Source: Octopus sinensis (taxonomy: Eukaryota). Taken from it: DNA of 25,004 nt. The position numbers and the translations under genes are program-made. Positions 9,202 to 21,063 of the stretch are shown here, piece by piece; positions within the stretch are counted from its first letter, which is position 1, and every line of letters begins with the position of its first letter. Under the pieces are notes generated by a model, which had not been told where the DNA came from, did not search any database, and saw only the letters and a program-made list of their open reading frames with translations. The DNA lies in the NCBI RefSeq assembly GCF_006345805.1, contig NW_021836239.1:1-25004 (forward strand), given 5' to 3'.

Positions 9202-9267
<66 letters not shown>

Positions 9268-9402
9268 TGGATCAAAACAGTTTGATTCAAACACCTTGGT
9301 ACTCCGAGTTTCAAAGCGTGGTCCAAATCTCCAGTGGCTGAAGATTAGCATCACGATTTGAAACTTAAACTACTTAAATTTGAATCAAACTGTTTTGATT
9401 CA
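9268..9402. repeat. 135-bp foldback palindrome with two decayed hammerhead-like cores
   Basis: Perfect 21-bp arms at 9271-9291 and 9379-9399; inner arms at 9307-9320 and 9352-9365; centre TCTCCAG TGG CTGAAGA. Confidence 0.7.
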
Positions 9403-9460
9403 TACATGTAACTCCTAATAAATGTTTTGAGTGCTCTTCTTTCGTTCGTCCACTCACTCG

Positions 9461-9493
<33 letters not shown>

Positions 9494-9655
9494 CTCGTTA
9501 ACACTCGTTAACTTTAATCTTTTATCCTGACAATTCGTTGTTTTACAACATTGAAGAGTTACATCATCACTTTTCAAAATGAAATTCATGGTGTCTGATT
9601 ATATTCTCCAGGTATTCTTCGCTAAAAGACTCATCAAATGTTGATTAGATTTAAT

Positions 9656-10215
9656 ATGAAACAGTGCAAAACGGACAAATTTGCCCAAAAACATATTTTT
9701 ACGCTTCGTTATAGGGAAATATATTTCAAGAAAACACTGTCGCAAAGTATTCAACATGGAAGTAACTTCCTAGGATCATTCATACTCAATTTATAAGACA
9801 CTTACGTGCTCCATGGGGTAGTGTATAACGAAGTTGTTTTTCCAGCAAGGTACTCGACAAATATTATTCTGTAAATGTCGAATTATTTGGAGTTGTTACA
9901 TAAGTTGATGGCATGAAAGAAAAGACGGAAGAAGTTAGATGATGATATACGATATTATAGAAATATGTGCGATTCGATGTGATCTGACTTCGTTAGAAAT
10001 CTCCTACCAAAGAACGATGTCTTGAGATCTGCTAGTGTTGTACAATAGTGACAGCTTTTAAGATGTAGGGGCTTCGTGAACGCCAGACAATTACACAAAC
10101 CGACAGAAGACCTTGAATGTCTAAAAACCCGGTGATTGTTTTGCGATATTAGCGTTGACTGGCATCGCTGAGAGGAAGAATGATACCTTAGGAAGTTATC
10201 GAAATCAAAGTGATC
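9656..10215 (+). pseudogene. possible heavily decayed Tc1/mariner-superfamily transposase
   Basis: Only short stretches (e.g. QLHKPTEDLECLKTR*LFCD) loosely recall the region before the first catalytic Asp. Many stops; no TIRs found. Confidence 0.2.
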
Positions 10216-10984
10216 TCCAATCGACTGCAGACGAAGGGGTCCTCTCATAGTATCTTTTCGTATTACAGACAATTTTGCAGCTTCCCTGACGGGATCTCAT
10301 TTTTGTTGAGTTTGTTTTCGCTTTAGGATGTAATTCTTATTATATAGTGTATAATAGGTATTTAAAAATTCCAATCTTATACTTTATATTTAATCACTAT
10401 TAAAATTTTTGGATTTTTACTTTGTCAAACAGAAAAAATCTCAACGTTCTGCTGGAACTTACTGAATGTTAGTACGAAGACTGGTGGTTAACTGGGTAGA
10501 ATTTGTTTGTGATCCTCATGTGATATGAAGGGAGGTAATTTTGTTTAAACTCTGATCAATACTTCATCTAATTTTAAATGAAATCAGTAAAATTTATTTG
10601 GTGGTCTATGAGTAATGCGATCGACCAACAAGCGATAGATGCGGGATTCAACTCAAGTGGAGGATTGAGTTCTTTTTTCTCTGGTATTGGTTACACTTGT
10701 AACTCTTTTATATCAGGTTTTTTTTCCGTATTTCAAGCTTTAATTGATAGTTCAAGCAAATTACAAACGCAAAACTTTCAATCATCAAACTATATCCCAT
10801 CGTATTCTATTATCTGTTGCCTTCGTTGTGATAGAAGCTTAATTCCACGGTTATATCATTTGGATAGTTTAGAAGCAAAAAAACTCCCTCATCCCGTAAG
10901 CTGTAATGTAAGAGATAACGTTGAGGTGATACATTGTGTTGGTATGCAGTGGTGGTCATTTCTTCCTAAGTCAATTTCATCTAA

Positions 10985-12462
10985 AATGAAGGAGGTTTGG
11001 CTACTATTTTTAGCTAGCCGAGTGATCACATTCAGGGTCCACAACAGAGGTCTGGTGGTGATGGTGGTGGTGGAGGTAGTGGTGATGGTGGTGGCGGTGG
11101 TAACGGTAGCAGCGGCGGTGGTGCTGACGTCATTTTCTTGGTAGTGGTGTTGGTGGCGGTGATGATGATCAAATGTAGCCCTGCGGCGATCATACCATCT
11201 TCTTAGGGGTATATAGGTCTGCGCTATCTAACCTGCCCTTTGTATAAAGGAAGATATATGGGGTTTAAGGGGGATTTAGATTCCTAGCCGATCGAGAAAT
11301 CCCGTAAAGACTCCGTCTTTCTGTTGTGGCGTTGAGTGGCGACGGCCTGTGGTGGTGGCCGTGGTCAGACGCATTGTTGTGTTTGCTGTTGCTTTATTCG
11401 TAAATTGATTTTAAACAGACTTATGATCAAAGGCCTTCTAACCGTGCCCATCATGTCTTCTTTCCTTTTTTTCCTTTTTCCAGAACCACATTAAACAAAC
11501 GTGTCCTTTTCTAAGACGAAAGAGTGTATTCTTGAGGTAGATTGAGCTGTTACTTCTAGCAGGTCACGCGGAGCCTGATAGCTGAAGTGTGTCATCGTAG
11601 AGAGGCGGGGGGTGGAGTAGTGAGGTTGCATCGTGAGAAGTGGGTGGGGGAGGTGGGTGTAGGTCTGGAGTGGGTGGTGACGGTTTATGGTGTTGGGTAC
11701 CGGTGTTACATAGTTCGATGGAAATACAGGTGGCTGACTCTCACGGCTCTTACAACCCCCACTCCCCGCCTCCCTCTCACACACACACAGTCGGAGAGAC
11801 TCTATTACTTGACAATAACCACTAGGACGACACTGCCACTGCCACCACCACCACCACCACCACCACCACCACCACTACTACCACCACCACCACCACTACT
11901 ACTACTAATACTACTATTACGGTGCAGTTCCCGAACAAAGGCTGTGGGCGAGAAAGAGAGGAAGGGAGAGAGGTGGTCATGTAACACTGGACATTGTTTG
12001 GTTGTGGTGGTAGTAGTGATTGTAGTGGTGGTGGCGGTGATGGTGAGAGTAGTGGAACTGGTAGTGGTATAGGTGCCAGTAGTTGTAGTGGTGGCGTTTA
12101 AGGCGGTGGTAGTGGAGGTTGATGGTATAGATGGTGTTTGTGGTGGTGGGGATGGCGAAGGTTATATTGGTGACGGTGGTGGTGGTGGTGGTGGTCGGCT
12201 AGTGTTGATCCTGATTATAGTAAATGTTATTTGGTAATGTTGGCGGCGGCGTTGATGTTGTTATTGTTGTTCTTGTTGTTTAATGCTACTTCAACTTTGT
12301 GTTGAACTGCGATCAAAGACATTCTAGTGGTGACCGTCCCGTCTGTTTCCGGTATACTGTTAACCAGGGATCACATTATCTCGTGTTCGTTTCTAAGTCG
12401 AGGAAGGAGGCATCGCTACTATTTTTAGCTACTCGAGTGATCACTTTCAGGGTCTACATACA
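10985..12462 (+). repeat. cluster of old dispersed-repeat copies (family D) interleaved with (GGT)n/(CCA)n low-complexity DNA
   Basis: GAAGGAGG..GCTACTATTTTTAGCTA..CGAGTGATCAC.TTCAGGGTC at 10989-11040 and 12403-12454. Related diverged copies at about 11165-11295 and 11415-11570, on the minus strand at about 13600-13730 and 13795-13932, and at 17205-17352. (CCA)n at 11843-11895. Confidence 0.6.
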
Positions 12463-13081
12463 TGGTGGTGGTTGTGATGGTGATGCCGGCGGTGGCTGTA
12501 GTGGTGGCGCCGGCGGTGGTGGTGATAGTGATGACAGACCTCAATGGCGTCGCGTTTCTTGGTTGTCTGGTTGGATAACAGAGCTTCACAGTTGTCCAAG
12601 ATGTGTTGTGCCTGTCGCTGTCTGTGTGTTTGTGTGCATGTCACTTAGTGTCTTCGGGGCTTATCCAGTCGTAGGTGTTTCTTCTCCAAGAGCAGCTGTA
12701 ACAGGTCCCATGTTCGGATATCAGGGTGTTGTTGCTGGGTGACGTTTGGATGATGATGACAACGACGTCAATGATGACGGTAACGAAGATGACGATAAGA
12801 AGGAAAAGGTGGTGGAGAAATCCAATGTTCATAGAAGGAATTACAAACAGAAGAAATGGCAGACAAGTAGTGATGGGAGCTTGTGGTGCCATTGAAATTA
12901 CCATATCAGTGGGTTGCGGTGATGAGGGTGAAACTGATGGCCAGAACAAACCCACAAGGACCGGTTTTTCATTAACGCTAACCAATGTCCATTAAACCAT
13001 TCTATACAAAGCGCTGATCCTTCTACCAATTCGCCATTATTTATAATTTTGGCTAAATCTCTAAAATAAAATTAGTTAAGT

Positions 13082-13274
13082 ACTGGTTTCAAATTTTGAC
13101 ACAATGCCAGAAACAGATTACATCGACCCCAGTGCGTAACTGGTACTTATTTTAACGCGCCTATGGAGGAAAAGTAAAGTCGACCTCGGCAGAATTTGCA
13201 CTTAGAACGTAAAGACGGACGAAATTCTGTTAAGCATATTGACCGGCGCGCTAACGATTCTGCCAGCACGCCAC
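13082..13274 (-). mobile_element. SINE family C
   Basis: Minus strand GGCGTGCTGGCAGAATCGTTAGCGCGCCGG...AAATTCTGCCGAGGTCGACTTT...TAAGTACCAGTTACGCACTGGGGTCGATGTAATC; homologous to 24647-24855. Confidence 0.8.
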
Positions 13275-14059
13275 TTTTAACTGTCAGTTAAAATATATTA
13301 ATATATCTTTAAGCATTGAAATATATTTAGTTTACCTTCTTCCTCAAGAGATCCTGTGTGTCACCTCTCCTACCCTGATGTAATCTCCAGGGATACAGGC
13401 ATCCAGCGACAGGACCTCCGTAATGCTATGATGAACCGTGAAGTCTTGCGTAACATAGTAAATTCCATTGTCTCGACCATGGTCGAACAATGATGATGAT
13501 GATGTGTCACCGACTGAATAGGACATAGTTGTATATGAGAGAGCGAGAGAACAGCAAGAGCCACGAACCACCGCGGAGGTTTGTATGTGGTGGCTGATGT
13601 ATTCTAAATAGTAGTTAAGTCTCCCTTAAATCACACCCTATCAGATGCGGTAACCTAAATATACTAGGCCTGAAAATGGTCAGAATAACTACGGATGAAA
13701 TGCCTTTGGTCACAGATATGCAAGATTAGAAAACACGTGGAACACAAGAGCACCAACAATTGTCATGAACTAAGGACGGACCTTTTTGTGCGGCAGCACG
13801 ACTTGCTTCAAATCCCTCGTCAGATCTACTTCAAATCAACCTTTAAAAGGGAAACGAGATACTAGATAATGTTGTCGTAGGTAGATTTTAAAATGGGCGG
13901 GATGGTCATGGGGAAAGTGCCGTCGATCATAGAAGCTAAACAAAAAGCAACTAACTTCTGATTTAGACAGAGGCTCATCATTTTGGGTTGACTATTTTAC
14001 TCGATGGGATTCGACTCAGTTCCGACTGCTTCTTATTTTATTTGAGTCAAAGAATGACG

Positions 14060-14188
14060 GAAATGGCAGAGGCGTTTCAAGCTTTGTATATACGAGTTCC
14101 TTACAACATTCTTCCGACATTTTGTGTTCAAAAACCGCTTAGGTCAACTTTGCCTTTCATCCTTTCGGGGTCGATAAATAAAACAGTA
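14060..14188 (+). mobile_element. SINE family C fragment
   Basis: GGTCAACTTTGCCTTTCATCCTTTCGGGGTCGATAAATAA central domain, shared with about 24735-24773. Confidence 0.65.
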
Positions 14189-15530
14189 AAGCTGCAGTCA
14201 TCGATTATTTTCTGTCAGTTTATCTATCTTTCTGCCTCTGTGTATGTATGTGTCTCCCTCACTTCCCCTCTCTCTCTCTAGGCCTTTGTCAGCCCGAGAT
14301 AATTGGCTTTGTCAGTTCGTAAAGAGCCCAAGATGAACCGTATGTCACGACAGTGTCCCAATGACTCCATCAAGAATTGCAGGCCCAAAGCCAGACAAGA
14401 GAGAAAAAGCGAAATCAATCTCTGTTCTATATGAACTCACAAACTAAAGGGACGTTACCAATTAACATAACATTGAATCCGACTTTCTGCCGACTCGGCC
14501 AACACGATGATCTTTGCTGAATTACATTAAAATATAAATAATATTAATGATAATGATAATTTAAAGCCACACGACTGTTTTTCTTGTTGAGGCGCGTGTC
14601 TAGTACCGAGGTGAGGGGTGGTGGTGGGGGTGGTGGGGGAAATGCATTCCATTGAATTGACAGACGTATATACTCCGTCTTTTGTTTATCTGATGCAGAA
14701 GATAGAAATGTCAGATTGACACTAGTTGGATGTGAAAACAGAACGTACGTCTATGGAGGAAATAAAATGAAACAAAAGAGAAAGGGATTGCACAAGGGCA
14801 AGGTGGTTTTTCTGCCCTTTAAAAAGAATCAGGCATAGGCATCGTTTGATTATTAGCATTTCTAGCAATATCTTCTATTATGTGTTGGATATTGTGGCTA
14901 CCGAGAGACGAAGTATGTCTGGTCACAAGTCATGTTCGAACTTACCGCATTTGTAGATGCTACATTTTAACATATATGACTTAAGCCTTGTGTCATTGAA
15001 AACATGAATTTGTGTGTGCATGTGTGTTTGTGAATGATGCATGTGTGTGTGTGTGCGTGTGTGTGCATCAAGACACACATCAATTAGTGGAGCTCTATTT
15101 ATACATCAATTAATTTACAACGTTTTGGGAAATTTGAAATATAATGTCTACTTTTATTAATAAGTGTATAGTTTTAGTCTCGCTGTCAGATTTTGTCTCT
15201 CAGTGAACAGAAAAATGGAATAGATTTAACCGGTTTCTACTCTCGTTAGATGTTCATCATATAAACAATACTCACCTACTGTCCATGGAATGATTAATAG
15301 CTTATAATTGAGAATTAATGAAGTAAACCGCCCCCTAATCCTATCCACTGCTATACAAGTGAGATTGACCAGCTTCACAGGTTCGTATTTGTATAGAGTA
15401 TAAAAAGTTGGAAATTACTCATCTCTCTTTTTGTAGACAGAAATTAAGTTTGCTTTTTCTGATGAAGGGTTAGCAAAACACACACACATACATACAATCA
15501 CATACATATACACGTATATATATATATACA

Positions 15531-15624
<94 letters not shown>

Positions 15625-15695
15625 ATATTAGGGAATAAATCAAATTTACAGGGAAAATCAGATTTAGGATTAAATCCGATTTTATAGTAAAATAT

Positions 15696-15907
15696 TATAT
15701 AATATTAATTAGAGACAAAACCACTATTTTGCAAAACAAACAAGGAAAGACTTAATCAATACATAAAATTTTAATAAAAAGTAAAAAAACCGCCACTACA
15801 ATTGTTTCATGTCTAATGACAATCTTCAGGTGGATTTCCGATTTTCAAATCAGTTTCAATCTTGTTTGTTTCAAATAGTGTGTTTTGTCTCTAATTAATA
15901 TTATATA
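15696..15907. mobile_element. short Penelope-like terminal fragment with inverted ends and a hammerhead
   Basis: 15696-15744 is an imperfect reverse complement of 15861-15907; an HHR lies between them; (TA)n tracts on both sides. Confidence 0.65.
15793..15833 (-). ncRNA. type I hammerhead ribozyme
   Basis: Minus strand: CCAC CUGAAGA u UGUC auua GACA u GAAA C AAUU GUA GUGG. Stems I and II are 4 bp each, palindromic ACAAUUGU, GUA triplet. Confidence 0.88.
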
Positions 15908-16111
15908 TATATTATATATATATATATATATAATATATATATATAAAATAGTATGCCAATACGAGAGTATTGCTTTCCAGTAAAGGATAGCCCGTGAGGG
16001 TAAAATTATACATAAAAGTAAATACCGGGCTTTTTTCGTTTGTACCTTATTTTACTTCTATAATATATATATATATATATATAATATATATATATATTAT
16101 AATATATATAT

Positions 16112-16480
16112 AGTCATCCATAAATAATGCGGTTTTTTATACTTTTATTTTTCAAAATTAAGATAAACAAAGTGCTTTTTAAATCTAAAATATACTCTCC
16201 TTCATTTTCTGCCATGCTCTTCCATCTAATTTGCAGACTTGCAAGGCCCCGCTTCCAAAATTCACTTGTTTGTGACGAAAAAAAATACTCCTCCAGTACT
16301 GTTCTGAGCTGTCTACAGAATTCTTATTGTTTCCATCCAAATGATTTTGAAGACTGCGGAATAAATGATAATCAGATGGGACAATGTCCGGCGAATATGG
16401 TGGGTGGGACATCATTTCCCATTCAAACTGCTCCAGCCTTTGGAATGTCATCCTCGCCGTTCCATAGTTGCATTTTGGAC
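16112..16480 (-). mobile_element. mariner transposon 3' fragment
   Basis: ORF 16185-16451 contains EWEMMSHPPYSPDIVPSDYHLFRSLQNHL (YSPDLAPxD motif); TIR-like GTCATCCATAAATAATGCGGTTTTTT abuts the (TA)n tract. Confidence 0.85.
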
Positions 16481-16499
16481 ATTGTGAGAGCCAAACTAC

Positions 16500-17090
16500 A
16501 ATTAGATTGTCTTTTCTCTACTCGGTCTTCCGGGTCAGTTGCTTAAGAATAATTATGTGAAGCCTTAGATGTTATCCTTGTGGATAGATGCATCAATATA
16601 TTTATTCCTGGCCTTGTAAGCCACTCCTTTTTAACTACAGCTAAGATCTTGTCTTCAACATCCATGATAGGATTGGTTCAAAACTGGATTAGTTTCAGAG
16701 GAATCTGCCTCCTTTAGTATGAAAAAGACATCAGTGCTTTTTCAGAATAATAAAATGAGCCTTTTATCCATGCCTTCCGCAAAAGTTTCCGTAATATGAG
16801 ACGTAGCGTTGGACATCACTTTATATCTTGTAAGGCGTACCACTCAGCCGCCAGTTGAACATTCTGTACATGCTGAATATTGTTCCATGCTGGTTCCTTA
16901 GTATTAAAATCTTGTTCGGCAGTTGTTGTTTTGCAGACTTGCGAATGAGCAATAAGAATGCTTGTCTTCGTAAAATATCAAAGTGGAATTCTTGATGGTA
17001 CTCTTCCACACCTTCATTAAATTTGACCAGACTCGTAGGCCTTGATTCTCCCATCAGAGTTTTGGTAAGGAAAGCGTTTTCCAAAGTGTC
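16500..17090 (-). pseudogene. possible decayed R4/Dong-type non-LTR retrotransposon C-terminus
   Basis: Fragmentary translations YIDASIHKDNI and DPEDRVEK resemble the restriction-like endonuclease region (LIDVSIPxDxN..EK..KY.DL..E.). Many stops and frameshifts. Confidence 0.3.
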
Positions 17091-17608
17091 CTTTCTTTAA
17101 GATTCCAGGTTATGATTTTAAAGAAATATAGCTACCCTGTCTATAATCTGGTGCACCCGAGCATCGTCGGTGTATCTCGACAGACTAATCATAGTCGAAC
17201 AAAATTACGCATGATTAAAGACGATCCACCTGTGACAATCTTGGTGTCTGTATATAAGAAACTATATTGTGCAATATGATCTGTTATTTAAAGATAGTTA
17301 AGATGTGGTTTGTTAGTGTTTTGACTGCTATTTTAGCAGGTTGAGTGAACACGTATCAACAGTGTGTTCCACAAAATTATCTTCAGACTAGTCTCTCTAT
17401 CCCATTCCACCTCGAAGTCTCATTTGCCTTATATTTTCACTCCCTCACTCCCTCTATCAGAGTCAGTGCGTTACTTCACGTTTTAGTTGTTGCCTTCAGA
17501 GATGAGTTTTGACTTACTTAGTCACAGAGAGGGATAGAAAGAGCGACCTATTGGCCACACATGTTGACGCATAATTATCATTGAGTATATTAAATTAATT
17601 ATATGTGT

Positions 17609-17790
17609 GAGGAGTGGCTGTGTGGTAAGTAACTTGCTTACCAGCCACGTGGTTCCGGGTTCAGTCCTACTGTGTGGCACCTTGGACAAGTGTCTTCTAC
17701 TAGAGCCTCGAGTTGACCAAAGCCTTGTGAGTGGATTTGGCAGACGGAAACTGAAAGAAGCCCGTCGTATATATATATATATATATGTGT

Positions 17791-17849
<59 letters not shown>

Positions 17850-18048
17850 ATGTGTGTATGTGTTTGTCCCCCCACCATCGCTTGACACTAATGTTGGTGT
17901 GCTTACGTCCCCGTAACTTAGCAGTTCGACAAAAGTGACCGATAGAATAAGTACAAAGCTTACAAAGAATAAGTCCTAGGGTTGATTTGTTCGATTAAAG
18001 GTGGTGCTCCAGCATGCCGCAGTCAAATGACTGAAACACAAAAGAATA
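17609..18048 (+). mobile_element. SINE family B, near full length
   Basis: GGAGTGGCTGTGTGGTAAG (A-box-like), GGTTCCGGGTTCAGTCC (B-box-like), internal (TA)(TG)n tract and 3' GTCAAATGACTGAAACA..AAAGAATA. Confidence 0.9.
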
Positions 18049-18057
18049 TCTATATTA

Positions 18058-18126
<69 letters not shown>

Positions 18127-18220
18127 TATATATTATGTATGTATGTATGTATGTATGTATGTATGTATGTATGTATGTATGTAGTATGTATGTATTATGT
18201 ATGTATGTAGTATGTATGTA

Positions 18221-19382
18221 TTGAGTTGAGTCATAAATAATTTCCGTTTTTTTTTAAGTAAATCGTAATGACACATTTCGAACTTCAGATGTTTAATATT
18301 CAAATGGAAACTTTCATTTTTAAAAGACCCTCATCTGTCATTCGTATTTAAGCAGAGAAAGTGTGCACATCATAGTTTAATATTAAATTTCACTTCACTA
18401 AAATGGATGAACTGGAAGTGGATATTCAACATGTGATGTTGTGAGAGTTTAAGAAGAGAAAAATACCACAGAAACAGCTAAGAAAATTGACCAAGGCCAA
18501 GAAAACTGACCAAGGCCAAGAAAACTGACCAGCAAGTGTGAAATTGGCTTTCAAAGTTTCGTTCCAGGTATTTGTCATTGCGAGACGACACTCATCAAAC
18601 TTCGCACCAGGACACTTATCAGACTTCGATCATGATGCTTTAAGAAAATTAGTGGAATTCAATCCTGGTAAAAGTGCTTGGGAATTAGCAGTTGACCTCA
18701 ACACATCCCAATCCGCCACTTTGAAAAGTTAGGAAAAGTCAGTAAACTAGCTGTTTGGGTTCCCTGTACTCTTAGCGAGAAGAATAGGGAAGATCAGATG
18801 TTCATAGGGACAAATCTTTCAAGGGAGAAAAATGACCCGTTTCTCAATAATATCATTACAGGTGATGGAAAATGGATCTTTTATGACAATGTTCAATGCA
18901 AAAGGCAATGGACTGACAAGGATAAATCCCCACAACTTCTCTCATGTGCATGAAAATCTTTTAAGAAAATGCCCTGCGCTTGTCAATCGGAGAAACATTG
19001 TGCTTCTCCATGATAACAGAAGACCACATTCAGCAAGGATCTCGCAGGATAAAATATTGGATTTGGGCTGGTATGTTCTATCCCATCTACCATTATCACT
19101 GGATCTTGCACCAACTGATTTCCATCTTCTTCACTCTCTACAAAATTCTCTGATGAGGAAAAAAGTTTCTCAAGAAAATCAGGTGAAAACGTAAGTGGAA
19201 AGCTTCTTCATGTCGAGGCCAGCTGAATTTTACTCGGGATGGATCAAAAAGCGTCCTGATAAATGGCAAGAGGTCATTCAAAATAATGGCGACTATATTG
19301 ATAATTGAAAATAATTTTTTGTAAAATTTTTCATGAGAAAAGGTATTTGATAAAATCGGAAATTATTTATGACTCAACTCAA
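18221..19382 (+). mobile_element. mariner element with both TIRs, internally deleted, non-functional transposase
   Basis: Perfect 26-bp TIRs TTGAGTTGAGTCATAAATAATTTCCG (18221-18246; 19357-19382) with TA on both sides. Transposase remnants include GVWVP-like (AVWVP), IITGDGKWIFYDN, LLHDNRRPH and LSLDLAPTDFHL. Confidence 0.95.
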
Positions 19383-19452
19383 TATGTATGTATATATAAA
19401 GATTTCGTGTAGGCACAGCGGTAGTAATCAGATGGTGTTGGAACTTAATATA

Positions 19453-19692
19453 CATTAATCCCTCGACTAGCATGGGTGTTACTTTTTACCCTGGGTGTTA
19501 CTTTTTACCCTCACCCCCGTCCGCGATAAGTGAAAATCCGTGAAGTTGAAACAGTACTGTACTGTATATGTTTTAAAATCATTTTTATAATTTGTATATA
19601 TTCATTTTATTATAAATGCATCACGGAGGAATCGACGTAAGCTTAAATAATAAACCGCGATATGTGAACCGCGATATGGCGAGGGTTTACTG
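19453..19692. mobile_element. pogo/Tigger-type MITE
   Basis: TA-CATTAATCCCTCG ... CGAGGGTTTACTG-TA imperfect TIRs with TA flanks; internal 19-bp tandem duplication at 19473-19510. Confidence 0.7.
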
Positions 19693-19934
19693 TACTCATG
19701 CGTCAGAATAAAACGCTAAGCGAATCCAGAACGTAATATGAATTTTTTTAAATGACAGAGAATGACAATTATGCAATCAGCTTCAATAACTCACAAGAGG
19801 CCATAAGTTGATGTACCGGTACTTATCTCGGAGCGTCCTGTTTCCTGTAGCAGAAACAGCAGTAAGCTAATGAAGTTGATTATGTAATCCTTGTTTCTTT
19901 GTCCTTCCTCAATTTATAAAGCGATCGGTTGTGT

Positions 19935-20251
19935 TTGCAGCTGGTACTCCGTCGGTTACGACGATGAGTGCTCCAGTTCCAGCTGACCCGATCAACCGAA
20001 CAGCCTTCTCGTGAAATTAACATGCAAGTGCCTGAGCACTCCACAGTCACACGTAGTTCTCAGGGAGATTCATCGTGACACAAAATGTGACAGGGCTGGC
20101 CCCTTTTGAATTACAGGTACAACTCATTTTTGCCAGCTGAGTGGACTGGAGCAACGTAAAATAAAGCGCCTTGCTCAAGGACACAACGCGCCGCTAGGAG
20201 TCGAACTCACGAACTTACGATCGCGAGCAGAATAACCTAACCACAGAGCCA
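19935..20251 (-). mobile_element. tRNA-derived SINE family A
   Basis: Minus-strand head TGGCTCTGTGGTTAGG...GAGTTCGACTCCT; 20131-20251 is homologous to 1-121. The 3' boundary is approximate. Confidence 0.8.
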
Positions 20252-20522
20252 TTACAAAGAAAGAGAAACTGAAAAGAAGGCAGGTGATGGACTTAAGTCA
20301 ATTTATTGTGTCGATTATAAGTGTTGCATATACGAGGGACGTCACAATCCTGCTCTGTCACTGGAGATCCCTCAACATTAGCCATCCGAATCATCTGAGG
20401 ACGAATGCGACCCCATCCCCCCGCCCCGCCAACAATACAAATAATTGGAATCATAAAAACAACAACACAATAACGAATTCAGGGTTAAATAATTTTTATA
20501 TATGTATTTTAGTAATATATAT

Positions 20523-20568
<46 letters not shown>

Positions 20569-20748
20569 GTTCATATGATAATCGTTTATTCTTTTGTCAT
20601 CTCATTTTCTTTTATATATATATAATATACATATATACATATATATATACATATATATATGATGTATATACATATATATATGTGTTTGTAGATATATATA
20701 TTTGTATATATGTATATGTATATATATGTGTATTATATATATATTATA

Positions 20749-20828
<80 letters not shown>

Positions 20829-20831
20829 GTA

Positions 20832-21063
20832 GAGGGTTGGCAAAAGTCACCCGACAATAAATCAAAATTCCATAAATAATTAATATTCAATTTTATTCAT
20901 TCATTCCAATTATGAATGTCTACAAGAAAAATTTCAGTTTGAACAATTTTCATGATGTTTCGTATCTTGATGCTTTTATTAAATTCATTCAATTGTTAAA
21001 CATAAATAAATCTTAGAATTAAATGGTTTTGATTTACTGTCAAGTGACTTTTGGCCAACTCTA
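20832..21063. mobile_element. Tc1/mariner-type MITE
   Basis: GAGGGTTGGCAAAAGTCACCCGACAATAAATCAAAA versus TTTTGATTTACTGTCAAGTGACTTTTGGCCAACTCTA; TA flanks; inserted in (TA)n-rich DNA. Confidence 0.8.

Noticed and set aside
11603-11680. G-quadruplex-capable G-runs (also 14608-14640)
   Set aside because: Expected in a GGT-rich low-complexity background; no evidence of function.
11587-12072. Poly-Pro/poly-Gly protein ORFs
   Set aside because: They derive from (CCA)n/(GGT)n trinucleotide tracts with no domain.
18481-19510. CRISPR-like short direct repeats (two 19-bp tandem duplications)
   Set aside because: No spacers, only 2-3 adjacent units, inside eukaryotic transposons; local slippage duplications.
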